Shown piece after piece: positions 29,096 to 37,326 of a stretch of DNA of 64,000 bases. Positions within the stretch are counted from its first letter, which is position 1; the number at the start of each line of letters is the position of its first letter. Position numbers and translations under genes: made by a program. The notes beneath the pieces are model-generated. The model was not told the DNA's origin. It saw only the letters and a list, made by a program, of their open reading frames with translations, and did not search any database. Source of the stretch: Clostridia bacterium (GTDB lineage: Bacteria; Bacillota; Clostridia; Oscillospirales; RGIG5299); contig JAFVQJ010000013.1 in assembly GCA_017504945.1 (NCBI GenBank), positions 14,414 to 78,413 of the forward strand, in the 5' to 3' direction.

Positions 29096-29662
29096 TTAAT
29101 AATTATATCCAAGCTCAAAGGCTTTTAAGTTTATATCGAGAAGCTTTTCGGGGACGGTGGCTTTAAGCGCCTCTATCCATTTTTCCTTCGCTATCTCCGA
29201 GCTTTTTGCGCCTACGCCGAGAAGCACGACGTTTATCGCCTTCGCATTTCCCGCCTCGTTTGCAAGAGAAAGCGCGTCAAGCGCGGTAACGGAAATGCCG
29301 AGCGCCTCAAGCTTTTTTACGATATCCTCGGGATATTTCGCCGCTCCCGTAATGACGGGCATAGGATCTATCTCCTGAGTGTTTACTATAAGTCTGCCGC
29401 CCTTTTTGAGATATTCGCAGTAGCGAAGCGCCTCAAGCTTTTCAAAAGCCAGAATTATATCGGCACCGCCCTTTTCGATTATGGGCGAGTAGACCTCCTT
29501 GCCGTATTTAACGTAGGTGACTACCGAGCCGCCGCGCTGGCTCATTCCGTGGACCTCGCTGACCTTTACGTCGTAGCCCGAAGCAAGAAATACGTTGCCG
29601 AGCACGCGCGAGGCAAGCAGAGTTCCCTGACCGCCTACGCCGACTATCATTATATTTCCCAT
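29096..29662 (-). CDS. iorB: indolepyruvate:ferredoxin oxidoreductase subunit beta
   Basis: It has a GVGGQGTLLASR motif, and its start overlaps the iorA stop (TAATG). Confidence 0.85.
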   Translation of the reverse strand: MGNIMIVGVGGQGTLLASRVLGNVFLASGYDVKVSEVHGMSQRGGSVVTYVKYGKEVYSPIIEKGGADIILAFEKLEALRYCEYLKKGGRLIVNTQEIDPMPVITGAAKYPEDIVKKLEALGISVTALDALSLANEAGNAKAINVVLLGVGAKSSEIAKEKWIEALKATVPEKLLDINLKAFELGYNY

Positions 29663-31401
29663 TATTTTGCCTCCTTAACTATCGCGCCGACGGCACATAT
29701 CTTCTCGCAAAGACCGCAGCCTGTGCAAAGCACGGGATTTATCTGCATTTTGCCGTCCTTCTTAACTATTGCGGGGCAGCCTGCCTTTAAGCACATTCCG
29801 CAATTTACGCACTTTTCGCTGTTTATCGTTACGGGCGCCGAGGGCTTTACGTATTTGAGAAGCGCGCAGGGACGGCGGCATATTATTACGGAGGGAGCGT
29901 CGAGCGAGGTGTATTCCTTCACCTTTGCCTCGAGAGTTTTTACGTCGAAGGGATCGACTATCGAAACGAGCTCGATTCCTATTGCCTTGACGAGAGCCTC
30001 AAGCGACACAGCCGCCGTGGGATCTCCCTTTATGGTTTTGCCGGTGGTGGGGTTTTGCTGATGACCCGTCATACCGGTGATGGAGTTATCGAGAATTATA
30101 ACGGTGGAGTTGCTTCGGTTGTAGGCAATGTCGATAAGACCGGTTATTCCGGAGTGGATAAAGGTGGAGTCGCCTATTACCGCAACCGACTTTGCGGCTA
30201 CGCCCGCGTTTTTATTTGCAACGTTAAAGCCGTGAAGCATCGACACCGATGCGCCCATACAAATGGTGGTATCTATTGCCGAAAGCGGAGCGGCGGCGCC
30301 CAAGGTATAGCAGCCGATATCGCCGCTTACGTAAAGCTTAAGCTTTGAGAGAACGTAAAATACGCCTCTGTGAGGGCAGCCGGGGCACATTACGGGAGGA
30401 CGGACGGGAGCCGATTCGGGAGCCGTTACCGTTTCAACTGTTTCGCCCTTTATTACCCTCTTTATCTCGGTTGCAGTATATTCGCCGCGAAGCGAGAAGA
30501 ATTGCTTTCCCTTTACCTCAAGACCGAGCTTTTTGCAGTGAGTTTCAATAATATCGTCAAGCTCCTCAAGCACCCACACCGTTTCGTGAGATGCGCAGAA
30601 CTCCTTTATTATATTCTCGGGGAGCGGATTTATAACGCCGAGCTTTAAATAATCGGCTCCGTCGCCGAGTGCCTCCTTGGCATACTGATAGGATATGCCC
30701 GAGGTTATTATTCCTGTTTTCGAGCCGTTTATCTCGGTTTTGTTAAGCTCGCAGTTCTCTGCCCAGCTCTTTATCGTTTCAAGTCTTTCCTCGACGGCAA
30801 CGTGCCTTTTTATAGCGTTTCCGGGCATCATAACGTATTTACCGATGTTTTTCTCGTATTTCTTCATCGGCACAACGTCGCGTTCGCTTACCGTTACTAT
30901 CGACTGTGAATGAGAAACTCTCGTTGAAAGACGGAGAATTATCGGCGTATCGAAGCGCTCGGAAAGAGCAAGTGCCTTTTTTGCAAATTCAAGACATTCT
31001 GCAGAATCGGAGGGCTCTATCATCATCGCCTTCGATGCGATGGCGTGATGGCGACTGTCCTGCTCGTTTTGAGAGGAATGCATTCCGGGGTCGTCTGCCA
31101 CGGCGATTACGAAGCCGCCGTTAACGCCCGTGTAGGAAGCAGTATATAAAAGGTCTGCCGCAACGTTTAAGCCTACGTGCTTCATTGCGCAAAAGCTTCT
31201 CGCTCCCGCAACGCTCGCGCCGAAAGCCGCCTCTGCCGCTACCTTTTCGTTAGACGCCCACTCGCTGTAAACGTCGTCGTATTTTGCCAATGCTTCTGTG
31301 ATTTCGGTTGACGGTGTTCCGGGATAGCTCGAGGCAAAGCTAAGGCCGCCCTCGTAAAGTCCTCTTGCAACAGCGTCATTTCCGAGCATAAGTTTTTTCA
31401 T
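29662..31401 (-). CDS. iorA: indolepyruvate:ferredoxin oxidoreductase subunit alpha
   Basis: It has a TPP-binding region (GDSTFIHSG) and two C-terminal 4Fe-4S motifs (CVNCGMCLKAGCP, CTGCGLCEKIC). Confidence 0.9.
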   Translation of the reverse strand: MKKLMLGNDAVARGLYEGGLSFASSYPGTPSTEITEALAKYDDVYSEWASNEKVAAEAAFGASVAGARSFCAMKHVGLNVAADLLYTASYTGVNGGFVIAVADDPGMHSSQNEQDSRHHAIASKAMMIEPSDSAECLEFAKKALALSERFDTPIILRLSTRVSHSQSIVTVSERDVVPMKKYEKNIGKYVMMPGNAIKRHVAVEERLETIKSWAENCELNKTEINGSKTGIITSGISYQYAKEALGDGADYLKLGVINPLPENIIKEFCASHETVWVLEELDDIIETHCKKLGLEVKGKQFFSLRGEYTATEIKRVIKGETVETVTAPESAPVRPPVMCPGCPHRGVFYVLSKLKLYVSGDIGCYTLGAAAPLSAIDTTICMGASVSMLHGFNVANKNAGVAAKSVAVIGDSTFIHSGITGLIDIAYNRSNSTVIILDNSITGMTGHQQNPTTGKTIKGDPTAAVSLEALVKAIGIELVSIVDPFDVKTLEAKVKEYTSLDAPSVIICRRPCALLKYVKPSAPVTINSEKCVNCGMCLKAGCPAIVKKDGKMQINPVLCTGCGLCEKICAVGAIVKEAK

Positions 31402-31440
31402 ATGCCTGTGCTCCAGTCGTGTTTTTTAAGGTTATATTAT

Positions 31441-31469
31441 ATTATAACATTATTAAATGGCATAGTCAA
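31441..31469 (-). promoter_or_regulatory. sigma-A type promoter of the ior operon
   Basis: TTGACT-17 nt-TATAAT on the minus strand. Confidence 0.65.
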
Positions 31470-31492
31470 TCGAATATTTCACTTAAAAGACG

Positions 31493-31522
31493 AAAAAACG
31501 GGAGCCTTCACTCCCGTTTTTT
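31493..31522. terminator. bidirectional intrinsic terminator
   Basis: AAAAACGGGAG-CCTTCA-CTCCCGTTTTT hairpin. Confidence 0.8.
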
Positions 31523-31523
31523 A

Positions 31524-33065
31524 TTATTTTATTCTGTTTGAATTTTGGTAAACGGTTTCCGCCGCTTGCTCGTAGGCTACGTTGTAGCTTCCCAAAGGTC
31601 CCTTTGGCTTTCTGTACCAGCCGTTGTCGCCTCTCTCAAGATAGACGAAGAGTCTGCGCCTTAACGCAACGTTTGCCTGCGATGAGACCGTTGTATCCTC
31701 GTCATCCAAAAGCTCTGCAATGTAAGGCACCGCCGAATCGCCGAGCTCTGACAGGGTTTGTACGTCTATCCTGTCGAGCTTGCCGCTTTGATAGGCGCTT
31801 ACGTTGTAGTCGGCTATCATTCTGTCAACTCCGGTAAAGCCGAGCACCGCCGTTATTATTATAACGGTAGCCGCAACCGCTCTCATATAGGGGAAACGTC
31901 CGAAAAGGAGCTTTGCCGCCGCAAAGATAACCGCAAAGAAGATAAACACCGTAAACGCCGAGGTGAGCACTCTGAGCTTGGTAAGTCCGTAAACATTTAT
32001 ATACATAACCATTTTTGCAAACGACGTTGCGGCAAGCACCTCGGTAAAGAGGCAGATAAAGAGCGAAACCGCTTTTAAATAGGTGGCTCCTTTTCTCGTT
32101 TTCGAAAAGGCGTTGCTTATAAAGATGAGAAAGATGTTTATCGCCGCTATCGCCGTCATTTCAAAAAAGCCTTTTCGGGCGTATTCGGCATAAGTGAAGT
32201 TATAGCTTTCGGGCAAAATTCCCGAAAAAGCATCGAAAAAGTAGGCAAACTGCGAGAAAAGATAGATGAGATAAAAGACCGATACGGCAGAGAGCAAAAC
32301 GCTGAACATAACGGGCTCTGCGCGCTTTAATTTATCGGCGTCGTCTCTTTCGGGCGCCTTTTTGGGAGCGTCGAAGCCGTTTTTCATACCGAATATCAAC
32401 GACATAACGAGCGGATAGAGAAGGATCGATATGATTATTTTTGCAATAAGCTCGCCTATATCTCCGAAAATTCTTTTCATAAGTGAGAAAAACGCAACGT
32501 CCGCCGAGAGAAGAAGCGGAACTATTACGGGAAGGAAAAGCATTGCAAGGCCTACTCCCGCAAAGGCGTATGCCACAGTTTTTCTCGTCTTTGCCGACGC
32601 CGAGGGAAATACCGATTTAAACGCCTTGCCGATATATCTGAAGGGAGTTACGATTACCGTTCTCAAAACGTCGATAATATAGAGCCAGCAGCCCGAATAA
32701 AAGCGTGCCGTGCCCGAAAGCTCGGTAAGATATATCGCCGACGACCAGATTATTACGTTGAAAACGCAGAAATTCATAAATGCGTCGGTATAAAGGGTAA
32801 ACACCGCGGTAAGCGCTATCGCGGCAATTCCGCAAAACGCTCCGAAAAAGGAAACGTTTTTTATCTTTTTTCCAAAGCAAACGGTCGCGGCAATAAGGTC
32901 AAGGGCAAGAGATGCCGTAAGCCCCAGACGGAAGCCGCCGAAAAAGCCGATTGAAACGGTTACGAAGCAAAGAGCGAGAAAGATAAGCGAAAAGGCAAGG
33001 TCGTTCGTATTAAAGGTCTTTTCCTCTTTTTGTATCTCGGGAACGGTAATTACGGTGTTTTCCAT
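31524..33065 (-). CDS. large polytopic membrane protein (DUF4153/DUF4173-like, tentative)
   Basis: 513 aa with about 12 TM helices. It starts 3 nt after the HTH gene stop. Confidence 0.55.
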   Translation of the reverse strand: MENTVITVPEIQKEEKTFNTNDLAFSLIFLALCFVTVSIGFFGGFRLGLTASLALDLIAATVCFGKKIKNVSFFGAFCGIAAIALTAVFTLYTDAFMNFCVFNVIIWSSAIYLTELSGTARFYSGCWLYIIDVLRTVIVTPFRYIGKAFKSVFPSASAKTRKTVAYAFAGVGLAMLFLPVIVPLLLSADVAFFSLMKRIFGDIGELIAKIIISILLYPLVMSLIFGMKNGFDAPKKAPERDDADKLKRAEPVMFSVLLSAVSVFYLIYLFSQFAYFFDAFSGILPESYNFTYAEYARKGFFEMTAIAAINIFLIFISNAFSKTRKGATYLKAVSLFICLFTEVLAATSFAKMVMYINVYGLTKLRVLTSAFTVFIFFAVIFAAAKLLFGRFPYMRAVAATVIIITAVLGFTGVDRMIADYNVSAYQSGKLDRIDVQTLSELGDSAVPYIAELLDDEDTTVSSQANVALRRRLFVYLERGDNGWYRKPKGPLGSYNVAYEQAAETVYQNSNRIK

Positions 33066-33067
33066 AT

Positions 33068-33277
33068 TCAGTCGTCCTTTCTGTATTCGAGAATATCGGC
33101 AGGCTGGCAGTCAAGCTCCTTGCAGATGCTTTCGAGCGTCTGAAATCTTATCGCCTTTGCCTTGCCCGTTTTTAAGATGGAGAGATTTGCGGGGGTGATA
33201 TCTATTTTCGCCGCAAGCTCGTTCGAAGCCATCTTGCGCTTGGCGAGCATTACGTCGAGATTAACTATAATAGCCAT
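33068..33277 (-). CDS. small XRE/Cro-type HTH regulator (YozG-like)
   Basis: 69 aa. The sequence MLAKRKMASNELAAKIDITPANLSILKTGKAKAIRF is typical of this family. Confidence 0.85.
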   Translation of the reverse strand: MAIIVNLDVMLAKRKMASNELAAKIDITPANLSILKTGKAKAIRFQTLESICKELDCQPADILEYRKDD

Positions 33278-33286
33278 TTTCGCACC

Positions 33287-33733
33287 TCACACGGTAAGCT
33301 CGTTTTCTTCTTTTATCTCGGCGGCATATTCGAAGGCGTGCATTATTATTCTCACGGTAAAGCCGAAAAACAGCGCCGCCGCAGAAACGGCAAACAGAGT
33401 TATAAACCAAAAGCCCGCCGCAAAGCAGATGGGAACGACGGCAAAGCAGGAATATGAGATAACATTCAAAAGCTTTACGTTTTGTTTTATAAAAAGCCTG
33501 TCGCCTCTTATATTTCCGAGCAGCTTAAAAAGCGAGATTATAACCGCCGTTGCCGGCACGGAGCAAAGATAAAATGCCATTAAAAACACGGCGTATTCCG
33601 TTTCGGTGCCGTGACCGAGCTTTTCAAGAAACGGCATTATGAACGGTGCGCCGACGATTAGTGCCGCAAAGACGGCTGTGCATCCGCAGAGGATATAAAA
33701 GGTAACCGTCGCGGAGCGCTTGTAGCTTAACAT
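33287..33733 (-). CDS. DUF2975-like 4-TM membrane protein
   Basis: 148 aa with 4 TM helices, in the canonical position upstream of a YozG-like HTH. Confidence 0.6.
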   Translation of the reverse strand: MLSYKRSATVTFYILCGCTAVFAALIVGAPFIMPFLEKLGHGTETEYAVFLMAFYLCSVPATAVIISLFKLLGNIRGDRLFIKQNVKLLNVISYSCFAVVPICFAAGFWFITLFAVSAAALFFGFTVRIIMHAFEYAAEIKEENELTV

Positions 33734-34197
33734 AAAAACACCTCTTTGATCGTTCTACGTTTTTATGATAACACATAAATTATCGTTTGTCAATAACTTT
33801 TTATCATTTTTCACTATTTTATTGGCTCTATTAAACTTTATAGTTGGTGTGAATAAATCGCCAAAATATTGAATATTTGCGGTATTTTTATGCATATTTT
33901 CCTTCAATATGCGATAAATAGTATAAATATTCTCATAAAATTTTTAAAAAATTTTTTATTATAGCAGATTGGCTACAACATTGTTTATACAATTGTTTCA
34001 ATGTTCACTCCCAAAAGCATTTATCGAAATGACGTTGGGTTATGCGTTGCCGGATATAATCACTCAAAGAAAACAGATGAAGAGGTAGATTTAAAAAGCA
34101 TTTGTAACGTTAAACTTGTGAAAACTCGAAAAAATATCGTTTTATAAAGTGATTTAACCCAAAACTGAGGCATACCTCATTCAAATCGATGGTAATA

Positions 34198-34227
34198 TCT
34201 GCTAAAATTTTGTAAAATTTTAGCAGA
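34198..34227. promoter_or_regulatory. perfect 14-bp inverted repeat (candidate operator or hairpin) abutting the RBS of the HTH gene
   Basis: TCTGCTAAAATTTT-GT-AAAATTTTAGCAGA, ending 14 nt before the GTG start. Confidence 0.5.
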
Positions 34228-34241
34228 AGAGGTCGATTTAC

Positions 34242-34505
34242 GTGAGAAAACTGTCGAAAGAAATCTTGAAGGAATGGTTCAATAATCAGCTTATACAAGC
34301 AAGAGCCGAAAATAATTTTACGCAACTGCAAATGTCCGAGCTATTGTTAATGGATGAAAGGTCTTATATTGATTTGGAGCACGGCAAAACCGGATGCAGC
34401 GCATTAACCTTGGTTTTGTTTATCATTTATTTTGTTAAAGACAAAAATGAATTCTTTGATACGCTGAAAAATGAGCTCAAAAAGATAAATGAAGACGTTG
34501 CATAA
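34242..34505 (+). CDS. XRE-like helix-turn-helix protein
   Basis: 87 aa with a GTG start and a GAGG RBS. The HTH-like segment is FTQLQMSELLLMDERSYIDLEHGKT. Confidence 0.55.
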   Translation: MRKLSKEILKEWFNNQLIQARAENNFTQLQMSELLLMDERSYIDLEHGKTGCSALTLVLFIIYFVKDKNEFFDTLKNELKKINEDVA

Positions 34506-34689
34506 TACCAAAAGATCTTTACGGGAAGAAATTGAGTTCAGGATTTCTAAGCCGGTGACGGAAAGCGTTTGCTTTGTTAACGGTTACAGATACGCCGTTT
34601 GCCCGAAATGCAAAAGCACGCTTGAACGGGAATACTTAAATTATTGCGACCGTTGCGGGCAGGCGTTAGATTGGAGAAAATATAAATAA
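34489..34689 (+). CDS. small zinc-ribbon protein
   Basis: 66 aa with CPKC..(13)..CDRC. It overlaps the HTH gene by 17 nt and has no clear SD. Confidence 0.4.
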   Translation: MKTLHNTKRSLREEIEFRISKPVTESVCFVNGYRYAVCPKCKSTLEREYLNYCDRCGQALDWRKYK

Positions 34690-34746
34690 AAAATTAGCTC
34701 GAATTGCACTGCTTTCAAGAAGAAAAAATTAGCTTTACAGCACAAA

Positions 34747-34786
34747 AGAAAGAGCCTTGCTTTTTAGCAGGGCTCTTATCTTTTAA
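34747..34786. terminator. bidirectional intrinsic terminator
   Basis: 10-bp stem AGAGCCTTGC/GCAGGGCTCT between convergent genes. Confidence 0.7.
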
Positions 34787-35514
34787 TTTGCGGTGGAGGC
34801 ATTTAATTGAATATATTCTTTTCTTTTCAGTAAAACCTTTTCTATAAATTTCGGGTAAATATCGGTAACTGCAAGCAATAGGTTTGTTCCAGAAGCTGAT
34901 AATACAGCTATCAAAAGATACTGCTTATTCAAAGCAAGATTCATTGAAGGAGTTTGATCGGCCAAAAAGATTCCATAAAGTACAAAGTACAAAACAGTTA
35001 ATGCAATTACGGGAAGAATGGGAAGTAAAATATAATATCCAAGTTTTTTCACTGTTGCTTGCACTGTGGTTATAATAGTTGTTTTTCCAAAAAGGCGATT
35101 ATCTATTTGCCACAAGATAAATACAGGCAATGTAACCGACAATGCAAAAATAAATATTTGTAGCGGAACAAACACTATTCCTTCGCTCATTTTTGAAACT
35201 AAACTGCAAATTAAACCTAACATAGAGAGAAGCAAAGAATCTCTTATTATAACTAAATACTGTATTTTTTGTTTTAATACATTTTTGCAGTATAAATAAA
35301 ACAGTACAAAATATCCGGCAAAAGTTCCAAAAAACGGAAGTAAAGAACTTTCATAGTTAAAAAGAAAAGTTGCTATTTGCTTGAAGAAAAGCGGCGCACC
35401 GTTTTCATCGTCAACTATACCGTATACCAAATTTCTCAAAGGAATAGTAATAAAATATACTGACAACAGTACTAATGCATTAACTACCATTGAAATTTTA
35501 ATTATCTTTTTCAT
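34783..35514 (-). CDS. polytopic (about 7 TM) membrane protein, candidate immunity protein for the orphan Rhs toxin
   Basis: An AAGGAG RBS lies in the 17-nt gap after the orphan toxin stop. The gene is strongly hydrophobic and AT-rich. Confidence 0.55.
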   Translation of the reverse strand: MKKIIKISMVVNALVLLSVYFITIPLRNLVYGIVDDENGAPLFFKQIATFLFNYESSLLPFFGTFAGYFVLFYLYCKNVLKQKIQYLVIIRDSLLLSMLGLICSLVSKMSEGIVFVPLQIFIFALSVTLPVFILWQIDNRLFGKTTIITTVQATVKKLGYYILLPILPVIALTVLYFVLYGIFLADQTPSMNLALNKQYLLIAVLSASGTNLLLAVTDIYPKFIEKVLLKRKEYIQLNASTAN

Positions 35515-35531
35515 ATTTTACTCCTTATAAA

Positions 35532-36737
35532 TCAATAAAAGGTTTGGGTTTGAACTGGTCCATAGTATCTATGACTATATTGATAGCTTCCGTACATTTG
35601 GTCAAATACTGTAATAGCTCGCTTCTTTTTATAATATGTAGTAACCATTCTATATGACATACTTTTAATTATTGCTATATCTATATTCCCGTCTATCCCT
35701 CTAATTGAATTTTCTATATATCTATTTGTGGGTTTATAAGAGCCAATACCAGTTATAAGAACGTCTATATAAAATGAGATATTGGGAATATATGATCCTA
35801 ATAGAAGCTCTGCGCATGCTTTAAAAGGTTCTATTGCAAGGGAATTAGCGAAGTTATTTACAAAAGAAACAAAATCGTTTGCTGCTTTATATGTTTTATC
35901 AAGATAATTTCTCCATTTTTTTGCTGACATTACCTGAGTTTTTATAACAACTTCAACCCCGGCTTGAGTGCCATAGAATAATCCATTTTTTATTCTGTCA
36001 CATCCTATGTAAGCAAGATTAAGATATCCAGATTCATCATAATACATATGGCTAAAATAAAGATCATACTGTTTTAAAACCTGTGGCATTTGAAGCGGAT
36101 CTGCAATAACAAAGCTATTAGATGGTGAATAAAAATAAGTTGTACCTTGTGGATCGAAGTATACTATCGGATTATTCCCACAATATGTAAACAAATTAAA
36201 TCCTAATAAATCATCGTTAATTTGTTCGTCCTCATTAATCCACCTACCCACCTCAGGATCATAATACCTGCTGATGCAGTAATAAAATCCCGTATCGGTG
36301 TCGTAGTAATAGCCTCTGTAGCGTAAGGGATTTATAGTTCCTAAAGTAGAAGCCATAGAGCCGGTGGTAGAAAGTAGTTTACCCCAGCTATCATAGCTGT
36401 ATTCAACTACAACTGCGCCGGTGTTATCAATAATAGCTATAATATCTCCTTGTAAATTTAATACGTAGAAATATTCAACTCCATTATAGCTAATTGAAAG
36501 AGGCGCACCGTTTTCATCATAACGGAAGAAAAGCTCGTTTGTTATTACGTTATTGTTTTCAGTATACTGATGAACTATCTTACCGTTATCGTAGGTATAA
36601 CGGGTAATTCCAAAGCTATCTTGCTTTGAAACTCTTAAACCACTATCATCGTAACTATACTGCACCAAAACACCGTTTTTAGCGGTAGAAATTAGCCTTC
36701 TGCCTTCCCACGTCATAGTTCTTCCCATATAATTCAA
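35532..36737 (-). CDS. orphan Rhs C-terminal cassette (Rhs core tail + divergent toxin domain), no canonical start
   Basis: The first ~177 aa of the homologous frame (starting ITYDAIGNPL, ~29 nt upstream of 36737) are about 90% identical to residues near the end of the main Rhs core. The NNPIVYFDPQG core-end motif is followed by a unique 203-aa tail. The frame is open to about 36775 without an ATG or SD. Confidence 0.8.
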   Translation of the reverse strand: MNYMGRTMTWEGRRLISTAKNGVLVQYSYDDSGLRVSKQDSFGITRYTYDNGKIVHQYTENNNVITNELFFRYDENGAPLSISYNGVEYFYVLNLQGDIIAIIDNTGAVVVEYSYDSWGKLLSTTGSMASTLGTINPLRYRGYYYDTDTGFYYCISRYYDPEVGRWINEDEQINDDLLGFNLFTYCGNNPIVYFDPQGTTYFYSPSNSFVIADPLQMPQVLKQYDLYFSHMYYDESGYLNLAYIGCDRIKNGLFYGTQAGVEVVIKTQVMSAKKWRNYLDKTYKAANDFVSFVNNFANSLAIEPFKACAELLLGSYIPNISFYIDVLITGIGSYKPTNRYIENSIRGIDGNIDIAIIKSMSYRMVTTYYKKKRAITVFDQMYGSYQYSHRYYGPVQTQTFY

Positions 36738-36766
36738 GGGATTTCCTATTGCATCGTAGGTTATAG
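36242..36766 (-). repeat. direct repeat copy A (orphan) of the Rhs core 3' region
   Basis: It aligns with 38000-38522. I counted 17 amino-acid differences in 177 aligned codons by hand. Confidence 0.85.
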
Positions 36767-36861
36767 CTTTACATAATTATTTTACCATAATATTCTCCAA
36801 CATTCAACAAATTTTGAAAAATTTGTAAAAATATATAATGAGTAAAATTTCAAAAAAGGAA

Positions 36862-36905
36862 CAAAAACCCCGAAATTCGTAATGAGTTTCGGGGGGTTTT
36901 TGTTT
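36862..36905. terminator. bidirectional intrinsic terminator after the Rhs-immunity operon
   Basis: CCCCGAAA/TTTCGGGG stem flanked by A and T runs, 43 nt downstream of the immunity gene stop. Confidence 0.75.
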
Positions 36906-36947
36906 AAGCTAGGATTAATTCTTTTTAGTTATAGTACTTGTACCACA

Positions 36948-37316
36948 TCAACTCATCAAGTAAGTTTTAATAAAATCAACATATAAATCAACCAGTTTTA
37001 TAAATTGTTCACGTGATATTGAGTATGAGTTGTGTGGCAATAAATATATCTCCTTTAACAATTGTGAAAATTTCTTTTCCTCCCAATTTAAATTATCAAT
37101 TACAACATTATTATAACTCGTTTTTACTAACGTTTTTGTGTTTTCCCTTATTGTAAGGTCCAAAAACTCATTATAACAATCAAAATGTATGGATATGAGA
37201 AAATCATTTTTTCGAAATTGTAGTGCATAAAAGGTACTATTCTCAATAATGTTGCTATAAGAATAACCCATTTTAATTAAAAAAAGAAATTTGTGTTTAA
37301 TTATTTTTATATTCAC
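36948..37316 (-). CDS. candidate cognate immunity protein of the main Rhs toxin
   Basis: 122 aa, very AT-rich and apparently cytoplasmic. The GTG start is preceded by a GAGGGA RBS that directly follows the Rhs stop codon. Confidence 0.6.
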   Translation of the reverse strand: MNIKIIKHKFLFLIKMGYSYSNIIENSTFYALQFRKNDFLISIHFDCYNEFLDLTIRENTKTLVKTSYNNVVIDNLNWEEKKFSQLLKEIYLLPHNSYSISREQFIKLVDLYVDFIKTYLMS

Positions 37317-37326
37317 GCTAATTCCC

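Noticed and set aside
34001-34147. 48-codon plus-strand ORF (MFTPKSIYRNDVGLCVAGYNHSKK..) in the ORF-free left edge of the island
   Set aside because: It has no Shine-Dalgarno sequence or promoter that I could find. It could be a gene fragment, but the evidence is too thin to annotate.
34110-34331. 73-aa minus-strand ORF overlapping the start of the HTH gene
   Set aside because: It has no RBS and sits in AT-rich low-complexity sequence. It is antisense to a better supported gene and its operator palindrome.
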